Of a DNA stretch of 64,000 bases, positions 1 to 9,953 are shown one piece after another (position 1 is the stretch's first letter; the number at the start of each line of letters is the position of its first letter). This DNA is from Candidatus Micrarchaeota archaeon (GTDB taxonomy: Archaea; Micrarchaeota; Micrarchaeia; Anstonellales; JAHKLY01). The position numbers were made by a program, and so were the translations under genes. A model generated the notes under the pieces. The model searched no databases. It was given only the letters and a program-made list of their open reading frames with translations, and was not told where the DNA came from. The stretch is taken from contig JAHKLY010000001.1 of the NCBI GenBank assembly GCA_020854825.1, positions 32,001 to 96,000 on the forward strand. The letters run 5' to 3'.

Positions 1-1553
1 ATTTTACTCTTAGTTTCTGAAAAAGATATATTCAATAAATCAAATTCAGTATCAAAAATATCTAAAGACTTCCTTGTATTTATTAAATCTCCTACTTCAA
101 CATAAGAAATTGCAACTTCTAATTTCTGATCTAATGAATTAAAATTTATAGTTTGTTTATATTTTTCAGCTTGAAATTTTAATAAATCTAACTCTTCTTT
201 TGAATTATTTAATCGTTCTTCAATAAATTCATCAGTTTCTAATAAAACTTCGTTTGGATTTTTAAAATTTTCTAAAGATAAATGTATACTATATAAGTAC
301 TCTAAAGATTCAATATATTCATCATTAAAAAAAGAGTATTCAAATCTAATAAACAACTCTTGCTCCGGCGATAAATTATATAAATTTGAATAATATAAAA
401 GATAAGATTCAATATCTTTTGAAACTTCTTGTAATTCTGCCTCTAAAATTTCGTTTATTTCTTTAATTGCTTCGTCATATTTTTTATCAAATTCTTCAAT
501 TTTTTCTTGAGATAATTGATAGTTTGATTCTAAATAATAATACTCTGCACTTTTATAATACTCACTTATATCTATGCTACTATTTATCCCCAATTTATTT
601 GTTTTTTCTAATGTTAATTGTAAACTCTCTAATTTTTCTTCTGCTATATTCAATTTTTCTAAAGTAGTATCCATTAAAAGTTCAAATTCAAAATCATAAA
701 TTTCTACTCTTGAATTCCCCGTATCTGCAACATATACTTTACCATCAAAATAAAAAACGTCTTCTGGGTTATAAAACTCATACTTTTCATCTCCTTCTGT
801 CCCAAGTGTTTCTAATAAATTACCTAATAAATCAAAAACCACTATCCTATTATTACCTGTATCTGCTACAAACACAAACTTATCATTTACAAAAACTCCT
901 CTAGGATCTTTTAAAAAAATATCATCCCTACCTTTTCCTATATTTCTTATAAAATTAAAATCTTGGTCTACAACTTGAATTCTATTATTACCAGAATCTG
1001 CAATATATAAATAATTATTTGGGCCAACAAAAATATCTGATGGACCATCAAATTGACTATTAAACCTTCCTTTATTTATATACGTTTGATTGTATGATTC
1101 ATCACTATTATGTATATATACTCTACTACTAGATTTATCCAATATATAAAAATATCTGTCTACAAATGCAATCGCATAAGGATCTGAATAAAAATGGATA
1201 TTTTTAGAAAATACATCTAAACTAGGTCTTTTTTTATAAATCTTAATCTCTTTGTCATCACATATATATATTTCTTCATTAAATAAAAATATCCCTTTTG
1301 GTTCGTCTAATTCATTGATACTTGATCTTGAATATCCTATTTTTTTCTGCACTTCTCCATTGTATTCTAACATATATACAATTTGCATGCTGGTGTCTGA
1401 AACATAAATATAATTTTCATCCACCCATAAACTAATTGGATTATTAAATAATTCATCTCCTTTTGTTCCATTTAATGTTTTATCATAGATAAATTCTGCA
1501 TTTATTATAGAAAAACTTAACAATATGATGAATACAATACATAATTTCTTCAT
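1..1553 (-). CDS. Secreted NHL-repeat beta-propeller protein with C-terminal helical/coiled-coil region (3' end beyond window start)
   Basis: Not in ORF track because it runs off the edge. Manual translation from ATG 1553: signal peptide MKKLCIVFIILLSFSIINA, then repeated NHL blades (PSDIFVGPNNYLYIADSGNNRIQV, PRGVFVNDKFVFVADTGNNRIVVF, PEDVFYFDGKVYVADTGNSRVEIY). Confidence 0.85.
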   Translation of the reverse strand, partial: MKKLCIVFIILLSFSIINAEFIYDKTLNGTKGDELFNNPISLWVDENYIYVSDTSMQIVYMLEYNGEVQKKIGYSRSSINELDEPKGIFLFNEEIYICDDKEIKIYKKRPSLDVFSKNIHFYSDPYAIAFVDRYFYILDKSSSRVYIHNSDESYNQTYINKGRFNSQFDGPSDIFVGPNNYLYIADSGNNRIQVVDQDFNFIRNIGKGRDDIFLKDPRGVFVNDKFVFVADTGNNRIVVFDLLGNLLETLGTEGDEKYEFYNPEDVFYFDGKVYVADTGNSRVEIYDFEFELLMDTTLEKLNIAEEKLESLQLTLEKTNKLGINSSIDISEYYKSAEYYYLESNYQLSQEKIEEFDKKYDEAIKEINEILEAELQEVSKDIESYLLYYSNLYNLSPEQELFIRFEYSFFNDEYIESLEYLYSIHLSLENFKNPNEVLLETDEFIEERLNNSKEELDLLKFQAEKYKQTINFNSLDQKLEVAISYVEVGDLINTRKSLDIFDTEFDLLNISFSETKSK

Positions 1554-1558
1554 ACCCT

Positions 1559-1741
1559 TCACCTTACCCCAGTTGCGTAATAATTTTTAATATCTACTAT
1601 TTTTATTTTTAATTCTTCTCCTTTTTTAGCATTTTTAATATATATGGGAAAATTTTCTATTTTAGCAATTCCTTCATGATTAGCTGTTTCTGATATTATG
1701 TTAACTAAATATTTTTTCCCTTTTTCAATAGGAACTATCAT
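1559..1741 (-). CDS. Single TRAM-domain RNA-binding protein
   Basis: 60 aa, P.EKGK.Y.V.I......EGIAKIENF.IYI..AKKGE...IKI..IK..YA matches archaeal stand-alone TRAM proteins. Confidence 0.85.
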   Translation of the reverse strand: MIVPIEKGKKYLVNIISETANHEGIAKIENFPIYIKNAKKGEELKIKIVDIKNYYATGVR

Positions 1742-1794
1742 ATATAAATTTTAATCCAAAAGTATTTATAAATACGTCTATTATAAAGTAATAC

Positions 1795-2400
1795 ATGGTT
1801 TCCGAATTACAAGCAGACTATTTAATAAAATTAGCTAGAAATGCAGTAGAACAATACATTGAAACTAATAAAAAAATAACTCCTACTTTAAAAGACCAAG
1901 AATTAAATGAAGAAGCAGGTGTTTATGTTACTCTTAAATCTTTCCCTGAAGAAGAATTAAGAGGAGAAATTGGATATCCATATCCTATGGGAGAAATAAG
2001 TAGTAATATTATAGATAACGCCATAAGTGCAGCATTACATGACCCTAGATTTCCTTCTATTAAAAAGGATGAATTAAATACAATAATATTTGAGATCAGT
2101 ATACTATCAAGACCAAAAATATTGACTGTTTCTTCCCCTGAAGATTATATATCGAAAATAAAAATAGGAAAAAATGGATTGATTATAAAATATGGTGGGG
2201 CAACAGGGGTGTTATTGCCTCAAATCCCCATAGAATATAATTGGGGAGCCAAAGAATTCCTATGTCAAACATGTCAAAAAGCAGGATTACCCAAAGAGAT
2301 GTGGAAACGGCCCACTGTTGAAATATATACATTTGAAGCAGAAATAATAAAAGAAGAAAAACCACTAGGAAAAGTAATTAAAAAACGTTTATTTAGGTGA
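1795..2400 (+). CDS. AMMECR1-domain protein (TIGR00296 family)
   Basis: GVYVTL, LRGEIG (LRGCIG variant), AALHDPRF, GVLLPQ, FLCQTCQKAGL. Confidence 0.92.
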   Translation: MVSELQADYLIKLARNAVEQYIETNKKITPTLKDQELNEEAGVYVTLKSFPEEELRGEIGYPYPMGEISSNIIDNAISAALHDPRFPSIKKDELNTIIFEISILSRPKILTVSSPEDYISKIKIGKNGLIIKYGGATGVLLPQIPIEYNWGAKEFLCQTCQKAGLPKEMWKRPTVEIYTFEAEIIKEEKPLGKVIKKRLFR

Positions 2401-3098
2401 TTAAAATATCTGTTGTAAAAGTGAATAATAAATATTTCATTGAAATATCAGAAGAAATTGCAAAGTACTTAGGACAAAATATAAACATAACAAAAACAAA
2501 TGATGGAATATTAATAAAAAAAGATAAAAATGTTATAACCAAAGAAGAATTTTCAGTTTTAAAAAAATTAAATTCTTTTAAATTTGAAAAAAGAATCCCT
2601 TCTGAAGTTAATAAAATACTTACAAAATATGAAAAAGATGCATTAGATTCATTAATTTCTAAAAAAACAGTTTCTATATATAAAGAAGGAAAATATAAAA
2701 AAACAGGAGTATATAGTATATCCCAATCTATATACCCTAGATTATTGAATAAAAACAAAGAAGTAGAAAAAAAAGGTGTTTTTGGTAATGATAATTACCT
2801 AATAATAACTGATGAAAATGAAGCAAAAAGAATAAGCAATCAACTAAAAGAAGAAATAAAAAATAGAGATATAAGAGGAACACGTGGTTTTGATGGGAAA
2901 TTTTATATTGCAACTAAAGAGTTTTATGAAAAATATAAACTACCTATTTTAAAAATACTTGAAGGTAAAAATTTAAAATTGAGTGAAATAAGCAGCAATA
3001 TAAAAATACCTGAAACTGCTTGTTTAGTAGCATTAAGACTTTTAGACGAAGATGGAGAAATATTAGAAAAGAAAAAAAATGTTTTTTGTTTAATTTAA
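2397..3098 (+). CDS. Hypothetical protein, possible C-terminal winged helix
   Basis: 233-aa ORF overlapping the upstream stop (GTGA); C-terminal LKLSEISSNIKIPETACLVALRLLDEDGEILEKK is wHTH-like. Confidence 0.6.
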   Translation: MIKISVVKVNNKYFIEISEEIAKYLGQNINITKTNDGILIKKDKNVITKEEFSVLKKLNSFKFEKRIPSEVNKILTKYEKDALDSLISKKTVSIYKEGKYKKTGVYSISQSIYPRLLNKNKEVEKKGVFGNDNYLIITDENEAKRISNQLKEEIKNRDIRGTRGFDGKFYIATKEFYEKYKLPILKILEGKNLKLSEISSNIKIPETACLVALRLLDEDGEILEKKKNVFCLI

Positions 3099-3527
3099 AC
3101 AAATATCTGGTTTTATATCATAATGCTGGCAGATCCAATCTATTAATGCGCTTTTTTCTAAATAGCCTGTGTAAAAATAGGTTTCATTATTTTTATGAAG
3201 TGCATATGCAGGTACGCCTTGAATCTTATTCATATCTTTATATTCTTCTTGTATTTTCATTATTTCTGGGTTGGTATGGCGCTCTGTTAAATTAATATAT
3301 TTAACTATTAATTGCTCTTCTATAATTTCATCTTCCATATCTTTAACAATTAAAAGAGCAGGCAAACAAAACTCTTCACACCCATCTGCATATAAAAACT
3401 CTAATTTTAACTGCTCTTGAGTTAAATCATTTTGAATTGGTGTTTCTGTAATGCCTTGCTGTATACATCCAGGTAAAAAAATGATAAAACATAACACATA
3501 TATTATTTTAATCATGTCTTTCTTCAC
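3090..3527 (-). CDS. Thioredoxin-fold lipoprotein
   Basis: Lipobox-like FLPGC; LEFLYADGCEEFC (CxxxC) and IQGVP (cis-Pro loop). Confidence 0.7.
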   Translation of the reverse strand: MKKDMIKIIYVLCFIIFLPGCIQQGITETPIQNDLTQEQLKLEFLYADGCEEFCLPALLIVKDMEDEIIEEQLIVKYINLTERHTNPEIMKIQEEYKDMNKIQGVPAYALHKNNETYFYTGYLEKSALIDWICQHYDIKPDICLN

Positions 3528-4078
3528 CTATCTTTAAATTTAATTAAAGAATGTACTTCATAATCTTTAAATTCATCTCTGGCTTTTAAATTAGTTAATT
3601 CAATTAAAAAACCTAATCCAACTATTGTTGCGCCTTGTTTTTCTATAGATTTTACTGCTGTTTTTGCAGTAGCCCCTCCTGCAAGTACATCATCAAAAAA
3701 TAATACTCGCTCTCCTCCCCTTATTGAATTTTGAGGCATTTCAAGGATATTTGCCCTGTAATCTAAACCATATTCTTTACTTAATGTCATATTTGATTTT
3801 CCTTTTCTTCTCATAGGGATGAAAGCAGCACCTAATGCAACTGCTAATGACGCACCAACTATAAAACCTCTTGGTTCAACAGCAACTACTGCTTCAACTT
3901 TTTGATTTTTATAATGTTCTTTTAACAAATTAATAGTATTATTAAACGATTCTGAATCAGTTAATATGGGTGTTATGTCTCTAAAATGTATTCCTGGTTT
4001 TGGAAAATTAGAAATATTATTAATTTTCTTTTTTAATTCAAATAATAAATCTTGTTTATGCATTTTTCTCGCCCCCAC
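3524..4078 (-). CDS. apt: Adenine phosphoribosyltransferase
   Basis: NFPKPGIHFRDITP, EPRGFI, RRKGK, PRPP-binding FFDDVLAGGAT. Confidence 0.9.
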   Translation of the reverse strand: MGARKMHKQDLLFELKKKINNISNFPKPGIHFRDITPILTDSESFNNTINLLKEHYKNQKVEAVVAVEPRGFIVGASLAVALGAAFIPMRRKGKSNMTLSKEYGLDYRANILEMPQNSIRGGERVLFFDDVLAGGATAKTAVKSIEKQGATIVGLGFLIELTNLKARDEFKDYEVHSLIKFKDR

Positions 4079-4132
4079 CTATAGAATTAGGTGTTAACTA
4101 ATATATGAAAGCTATTAAAAAGGGATTGGAGA

Positions 4133-5452
4133 TTAATTTATCTTCAAAAGTAGTATTTGAATAATATTTGATTTTTCTTTTAATTCATATTTTGCTTTTA
4201 AAATAGGAACTTTGGTTTTAATTAATAATTTCAAATCAATAGGCGTTCCAGATACTATATAATCCAATTTTTCTTTTTTATGAATATTTAAAATTATCTT
4301 TTCTAATTCTTTAATCTGTTCTTTTGAATATCCCATTGCAGGTAATACTCTCCCATCTAAATGAGAGTATTTTTCGAACGTTTGTTTAATACTTCCAGAA
4401 ATATATTTTTTACAATTAATTATTTTTGGATTTTCAGGAATAACTGCCTTGTAACCAGCACCAAATGACATTCCTCCATGTGTTAAAGTAGGACCATCTT
4501 CAATAATTAAAATTTTTTTATTTTTTATAATTATATTTCCTTCTAATGTAATAATAGAGTCTGCATGGATTATTTTAGCTTTTGAATTCATATTCTTTGC
4601 ATTTAATACTATTGTATCAATATCTCGGTTATTTGCTGTATTCTCCTTATTTATTATAATCGCATCTGCAATCCTAAATGTTATTTCTCCAGGATAAAAA
4701 AGTTTTTCGTGACCTGGTCTTAATGCATCTGCAACTGTAAACATCAGATCTGGTTTATAAAAAGGTGTGTCATTATTTCCCCCATCCCAAATTATTACAT
4801 CTGCTTCCAATTCTGCTTGTTTTAGAATCCTTTGATAATCTACCCCTGCATAAACTATAAATCCATTTTTTATATGCTCTTCATACTCCTCTCTTTCTTC
4901 AATAGTAGTATTATATTTTTCTAAATCTTGTAAAGTTTCAAATCTTTGCACTACTTGTTTTGATAAATCTCCATATGGCATTGGGTGCCTAATTATAATT
5001 ACCCGTTTTCCTTTTTGTTTTAAATAATTTGCAATATATCTAGTAGTTTGACTTTTACCACAACCTGTTCTAACAGCACAAACAGCAATAACTGGTTTTT
5101 TAGATTTTAACATTGTGCTTTCTGCTGAAAGCATTTTAAAATCAGCACCAGCTGAATTAACACGAGATGCCAAATTCATAACATAATTATAAGAAAGATC
5201 ACTATAACTTAAAATACATTCATCAATTTTATATTTTTTAATTAATTTTTCTAAATCCTGTTCTGGATAAATGGGGATTCCTTTAGGATACATTTTTCCA
5301 CTTAATATTTTAGGATATTTTCTTCCATCTATCCCTGGGATTTGAGTTGCTGTAAAACAAATAACCTCATATTCATTATTATCTTTAAATAAAACATTAA
5401 AATTATGAAAATCTCTTCCTGCTGCACCAATAATTACTATCTTTTTTTTCAT
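4133..5452 (-). CDS. Predicted P-loop GTPase (COG2403; cyclic 2,3-diphosphoglycerate synthetase-like)
   Basis: GAAGRDFHNFN, AVRTGCGKSQTTR, RHPMPYGDL, WDGGNND, EDGPTLTHGGM, LPAMGY. Confidence 0.88.
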   Translation of the reverse strand: MKKKIVIIGAAGRDFHNFNVLFKDNNEYEVICFTATQIPGIDGRKYPKILSGKMYPKGIPIYPEQDLEKLIKKYKIDECILSYSDLSYNYVMNLASRVNSAGADFKMLSAESTMLKSKKPVIAVCAVRTGCGKSQTTRYIANYLKQKGKRVIIIRHPMPYGDLSKQVVQRFETLQDLEKYNTTIEEREEYEEHIKNGFIVYAGVDYQRILKQAELEADVIIWDGGNNDTPFYKPDLMFTVADALRPGHEKLFYPGEITFRIADAIIINKENTANNRDIDTIVLNAKNMNSKAKIIHADSIITLEGNIIIKNKKILIIEDGPTLTHGGMSFGAGYKAVIPENPKIINCKKYISGSIKQTFEKYSHLDGRVLPAMGYSKEQIKELEKIILNIHKKEKLDYIVSGTPIDLKLLIKTKVPILKAKYELKEKSNIIQILLLKIN

Positions 5453-5460
5453 AAAAAAAC

Positions 5461-5850
5461 CTAAAGTAATTTTAGATCTTTGGTAAATTTATCTATTTGA
5501 TCTTCATACCAAGGTCCAATTGCAAAACAAGTTTTTGTTCCTGGTTTTATTTGAGTTAATCCTGCATCTCTAATTAAGGCAACTGGTATCTTTTTATCTT
5601 TTAATTTCTGAAATAAATCAACTAATTCTTTTTCGTTTTCAACTTTAACTACGACTTTTTTTTCCCCCCACATTTCCCATTTAGCTACTACTTCTGGATT
5701 ATCTCCCATCACAATTCTATATCCTGCTACTGCTGCATGGGCTACTTGCCCTGCTAATTTTCCTTTACCTAAAGTTATATCTTTCCTAATAACTATGACT
5801 TGTTTAATGGGAGAATTTGGGGTATTATTAGCTTTTTTTAAGAATATCAT
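5461..5850 (-). CDS. pth2: Peptidyl-tRNA hydrolase Pth2
   Basis: KQVIVIRKD..LGKGKLAGQVAHAA, DAGLTQI.PGT.TC.AIGP. Confidence 0.95.
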   Translation of the reverse strand: MIFLKKANNTPNSPIKQVIVIRKDITLGKGKLAGQVAHAAVAGYRIVMGDNPEVVAKWEMWGEKKVVVKVENEKELVDLFQKLKDKKIPVALIRDAGLTQIKPGTKTCFAIGPWYEDQIDKFTKDLKLL

Positions 5851-5991
5851 ATTTGAATTATAATATGAAGATTAATAAAGATTTATCTTTTTTGTTTTGA
5901 AATTAGGTTAAAAATAGTAGAAGTTTTCGTTTTACAACGAAGAATAACGTTTATAAATATAGTGATTGTAGTTCTTACTGGTGACCGATAT

Positions 5992-6345
5992 ATGGCAAAA
6001 GCAAAATCAATGGAAAAAATCGGAGGCTACCTATTCATTCTAGGTATTATTTTAGCAGTAATACTTGGAGTAATGGGATCTGATCCAATGCTACTAGCAT
6101 TATTAGTAGTATTCGGAATAATTGTCGGTATCCTAAACATAAGCGACAAAGAAATTATAAATTTCTTAATTGCTGCAATTGCTTTAGGAATAGCAGGAAG
6201 TGCATTAGTAGGATTATCTGCAATCTTACCAGGTGACATCGGTGCATGGATTCTAGGAATCTTTAGTGCATTAGTTATGTTCATCGGAGGAGCAGTCATA
6301 TTCCCAGCACTAAAAGTTATATACGACATAGCAGCCGATAACTAA
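5992..6345 (+). CDS. Small four-helix hydrophobic membrane protein
   Basis: ATG 5992 after GGTGA RBS, TATA-like TTTATAAATA at ~5950; almost entirely hydrophobic, with motif GIIVGILNISDKE..NFLIAAIAL. Confidence 0.8.
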   Translation: MAKAKSMEKIGGYLFILGIILAVILGVMGSDPMLLALLVVFGIIVGILNISDKEIINFLIAAIALGIAGSALVGLSAILPGDIGAWILGIFSALVMFIGGAVIFPALKVIYDIAADN

Positions 6346-6363
6346 GAAACTATAACATCTATT

Positions 6364-6390
6364 AAGGGAATTTATTTTTTCCCTTTTTTT
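6364..6390 (+). terminator. Hairpin plus T-tract terminator after the small membrane protein gene
   Basis: AAGGGAA-loop-TTCCCTT followed by a T run, 19 bp after the stop codon. Confidence 0.6.
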
Positions 6391-6487
6391 CTTTTATTTT
6401 TAAAATATATTTAGGTTTTGGCTAATTCATTTTTAATGTTAATAAGTTTATTAGTTTAAATATACACAATTTTATGCAGGGAAAATG

Positions 6488-6582
6488 TCTGATTCTAACC
6501 ATATCCTAAGGCGTCTTACTTAAATTTACTTCATTAATCCTATTTATAATTCTTCTGATTCTAAAAATATCCTAAGGCGTCT
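6488..6582. repeat. 29-bp direct repeat (27/29 identical) duplicating the 3' end of ORF 6544-7167
   Basis: tctgattctaaccatatcctaaggcgtct (6488-6516) vs tctgattctaaaaatatcctaaggcgtct (6554-6582). Confidence 0.85.
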
Positions 6583-7167
6583 GCCTCGCTCACGATCTTC
6601 AGGATTCTCGGATTTTTCAAGCTCAGCCATTAATTTTATTATTTCTTGAATTTCCCAGTCTTCATCATCCATTGCATAACCTGCTCCAAAAAATTTATAT
6701 GAATCTGTATCTCCTAGTTTTTCTGCAAGTAGTTTTCCTTTTTCAATACACTCATCTCTTTCAGGATCTGCACCTCTGTATTTAGGTTTAATAGAATAAC
6801 GCTCTCCTTTTTTATACATATCTAATGCTTTAGAATAATTTACTTCTTGGATATGCGGGCTAATATGATATTCTGCACGTAATTCATAAAATTGACCTGC
6901 ATATAAATATTTATTATCTGATTCTAGAGATATTGCCAATTTTTTAGCAATTGATACCCAATGGATAATATTTGCAGCTGAATTAGTAACTGTTGCTTTT
7001 ATTATATTTAATATCTCTCTATATTCTTTTTTATCTAATGCTGTTATAAATTTATTTATACTATCTACATCTGTATTACAAAAAGGAGTGAAACTGAAAT
7101 TTATAGAAGATATAACTATTGGTTGAAAATCAACTGTTGTTTTTTCTTCAAGTATTTTAAATCCCAT
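6544..7167 (-). CDS. Helical-repeat (TPR-like) hypothetical protein, paralog of 12011-13174
   Basis: NIIHWVS..YLYAGQFYELRAE..ECIEKG aligns with NILWVS..YQYAGELLELRAE..ECIKKG. Confidence 0.7.
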   Translation of the reverse strand: MGFKILEEKTTVDFQPIVISSINFSFTPFCNTDVDSINKFITALDKKEYREILNIIKATVTNSAANIIHWVSIAKKLAISLESDNKYLYAGQFYELRAEYHISPHIQEVNYSKALDMYKKGERYSIKPKYRGADPERDECIEKGKLLAEKLGDTDSYKFFGAGYAMDDEDWEIQEIIKLMAELEKSENPEDRERGRRLRIFLESEEL

Positions 7168-7602
7168 TTAATCCTCTTTTATTTTTGATTTTTGTTGATT
7201 GGTTTTTTCTATTTCTCCATATAATTTACTTAAATATTCAATCTTTTTTTGGCAGTGCTGTATATCTTGATTTTGTAAATCCAGTCTTTTAGTCTCTTCT
7301 GTCCATGAACTAATTGCATATCTAATGTGTTCAAGTGCCTCATCTATCTGTTTTGTTTCAACATATTTTAAAGCGATTTTTTCAAATAAAATAGCACAAT
7401 CATGAAAAAGAGGAATAGAAGTACGAAACTCTTCAGCAAGATAATTAGAAGCTGATGTTAAATCCCCAATTTCAAAACTTCTTTTTGCAAGAAAAATATA
7501 TGCCTTTAATTCTTCTGCTTCTTTAAATGTCTCATTAAAAATAGTGGCTTGTTTTTGTATTTCTGGTTTAACCCCTAATATATTTTTTGACTGTACTCCC
7601 AT
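7168..7602 (-). CDS. TPR-like hypothetical protein, paralog of 13176-13607
   Basis: AYIFLAK..GDL..CAILFEKIALKY..ALEHIRYAISSW aligns with AYIFNAK..GDL..CARLFETLAIKY..ALENIEYSISSW. Confidence 0.75.
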   Translation of the reverse strand: MGVQSKNILGVKPEIQKQATIFNETFKEAEELKAYIFLAKRSFEIGDLTSASNYLAEEFRTSIPLFHDCAILFEKIALKYVETKQIDEALEHIRYAISSWTEETKRLDLQNQDIQHCQKKIEYLSKLYGEIEKTNQQKSKIKED

Positions 7603-7638
7603 AATATTATATTGAACTTTATATTTATAAACATTTAC

Positions 7639-9921
7639 TTATTTTATTCTTTCTACTTTAGTAGCTTCATCTTTAGTTTTATCTCTTTCTAATTTATAAA
7701 GAGCATTAAAATCATTATTTAATAAGGATTCATCGTGTGTAATAACGAATGTTTGTTCTACTATTCCTGGAATCTTGTCTTGTAATGTTTCTGAAAACAT
7801 ATTAACTGCTTGTACATCCAAATTATGAGTGGGTTCGTCTAAAATAAGCCATGATAAATTTGGAGTCAAAACCATTGCAAATGCAATCCGCATTGTTAAG
7901 CTTAAACAAGCTTTTTCACCACCAGATGCTGTTGCATCTAAATCTCTCCAAACATTGTTTTTATATAATTGAGTAACATAATCTTTTTCTTGAGGATCCA
8001 ATCGTATTCGTTCATAATCCCCATATGGATAAATAATGGGCCATATTTCCATCATTGCAGTATTAATAGCCTCTATTAATCCTTTTCTAACTTCTGTTTG
8101 TGTTTCAATTATACAATTTTTATAAATTGAATATTGTTCTTCTTTTTTATTAAAATATTCGATATCTTTTTTTAATTTGTTGATTTTTTCTGATTCCTTT
8201 GTATTTAATTCCAATATCTCCTGTTTATTTTTTAATTCTAAATTAATACTCTTAAGTTCATACTCAAATTTATTTGATTGATTATTTTTTTCTTGTAATT
8301 CTTTGTTTATTTTATTAAATATCTCTTCATCATACTCTAATTCTTTCAATTTATCTTTCTCTTGTTTAAGTTTAGTATCTAATTCTTGTTTTTCTTTTAA
8401 TTTTTTAGAATATTCCTCTATAACTCTTATCTCTTCTCTTAATTTATCTTTTTGCTCTCTTTTTTCTTTTATTGATTTTTCTAAAGTTTCCTTATTTATT
8501 TTTAATTCAGTTATTTGGTTTTCAATATTTGCTAATTGAACATTTAATTCAGTCATATCTTTTTTCTCTTTATTTAATTCGTCTATTTTATCTCTTTTCT
8601 TTTCTATTTGTTTTATCTTTGATTCTAATTCCTCTTTTTTTTGTTTTATATCTTGTTTTTCTTTTAGTAATTCTAATTCCTGTTCTTGAATTAATCTTTT
8701 TTCTTGTGTTTTTTCCATAATCAAAGTATTTCTATGTTCAGTAGATAGTTCAGAATCGCATACTGGACATTTAGATAATCCTTCAGTATTTAATTCTTGA
8801 ACTGCTTTTTCTAAATCTTTTTTCTTAATTTCTCCTTCTGATATCTGTTTTTTTATATTTTCTAGTTTTTCTTCTGTATTTTTTAAGTTTTTCTTTAATT
8901 CTTCAATATCTATGTTCTTCAAAAATTCTTGTGATTCTTTAATTTGAGTTATAATATTATTTGTTCTTTCTATATCTGAAAGTAATTTTGATTTTTTAGA
9001 TATTAATTTATTATTTTGTTTTAATAATTCCGAAATCTGTTCTTCTACTTTTTCAATATTTAATGCCCCTAATTCTTTCTTTTTTTCTTCTAAATTAAGT
9101 TTTTTATAGCAGTCTAAATTTATTAATTCTTTTTCTAATTTACTTAATAATTCTTCTTTTCGTATAATTGAATCTTTTAAATTTTGATACTCTTTTTTCT
9201 GTTTTTCTAATTTTAAAACTGTATTTCCTAATTGTTGCACATATCCCTTTAAGTTTTCATATTCTTTTGAATTAATTTTTTTTTTATTATGTAATTCTCC
9301 AATCTCTTCTTTAAGTTCGTTAATTTTTTTATCTAACTCATGTTCCTTTTCAACATCTATATTTTCCTTTAAAAATACAATTTGTTCTTTAACTTTATTT
9401 ATTATCTTCGTAGTATTTACTCTTGCAGTTTCAAATCTATCTAACCCCAATAAAATATCAATTTCCTCTTTTCTTTTACCTGGTCTTAATGAAAAAAAAT
9501 AATCTATATTATTCTGCTCAGAATATATAATTTTATTAAATAAATCATAATCCACATTTAGAATTTTTTCTATTTCTGTAGTCACTGCTTTTGGGCTTTT
9601 TTGTATTAATACATCTCTCTCATATAATAAAGCATCACTACTTTTTTTTGTTATTATTCTTTCAACTTCATATTCTTTTCCTTCAAGGTTAAATCTCAGT
9701 CTTATCTTTGCTTCTTCTTGATTATATTTGATTACATCTTCCAATTTTGCCCCTCCTCTTCTTAAATTTGGAAATGTACCATATAATCCAAAGGAAATTG
9801 CATCTAAAATACTACTTTTGCCCGAACCCATAATGCCGATTAATACATTTGTACCTTTAGAAAAATCTAGCAAAGTTTCATCATGAGATTTCCAATTAAA
9901 AAGACTTAAAGATTGGATCAT
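7639..9921 (-). CDS. rad50: Rad50/SbcC-family SMC-like ATPase
   Basis: Walker A GIMGSGKSS, long coiled coil, central zinc hook CPVC, signature SGGE, Walker B LILDEPT, H-loop ITHD. Confidence 0.9.
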   Translation of the reverse strand: MIQSLSLFNWKSHDETLLDFSKGTNVLIGIMGSGKSSILDAISFGLYGTFPNLRRGGAKLEDVIKYNQEEAKIRLRFNLEGKEYEVERIITKKSSDALLYERDVLIQKSPKAVTTEIEKILNVDYDLFNKIIYSEQNNIDYFFSLRPGKRKEEIDILLGLDRFETARVNTTKIINKVKEQIVFLKENIDVEKEHELDKKINELKEEIGELHNKKKINSKEYENLKGYVQQLGNTVLKLEKQKKEYQNLKDSIIRKEELLSKLEKELINLDCYKKLNLEEKKKELGALNIEKVEEQISELLKQNNKLISKKSKLLSDIERTNNIITQIKESQEFLKNIDIEELKKNLKNTEEKLENIKKQISEGEIKKKDLEKAVQELNTEGLSKCPVCDSELSTEHRNTLIMEKTQEKRLIQEQELELLKEKQDIKQKKEELESKIKQIEKKRDKIDELNKEKKDMTELNVQLANIENQITELKINKETLEKSIKEKREQKDKLREEIRVIEEYSKKLKEKQELDTKLKQEKDKLKELEYDEEIFNKINKELQEKNNQSNKFEYELKSINLELKNKQEILELNTKESEKINKLKKDIEYFNKKEEQYSIYKNCIIETQTEVRKGLIEAINTAMMEIWPIIYPYGDYERIRLDPQEKDYVTQLYKNNVWRDLDATASGGEKACLSLTMRIAFAMVLTPNLSWLILDEPTHNLDVQAVNMFSETLQDKIPGIVEQTFVITHDESLLNNDFNALYKLERDKTKDEATKVERIK

Positions 9922-9953
9922 AATTTTATATTTATTGCAAACACTTTAAACAA

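Noticed and set aside
6544-7602. In-frame TAA-ATG junction suggesting one gene broken by a nonsense mutation
   Set aside because: The paralogous pair at 12011-13607 is split at the same point but out of frame (TGA-T-ATG), so these are two genes.
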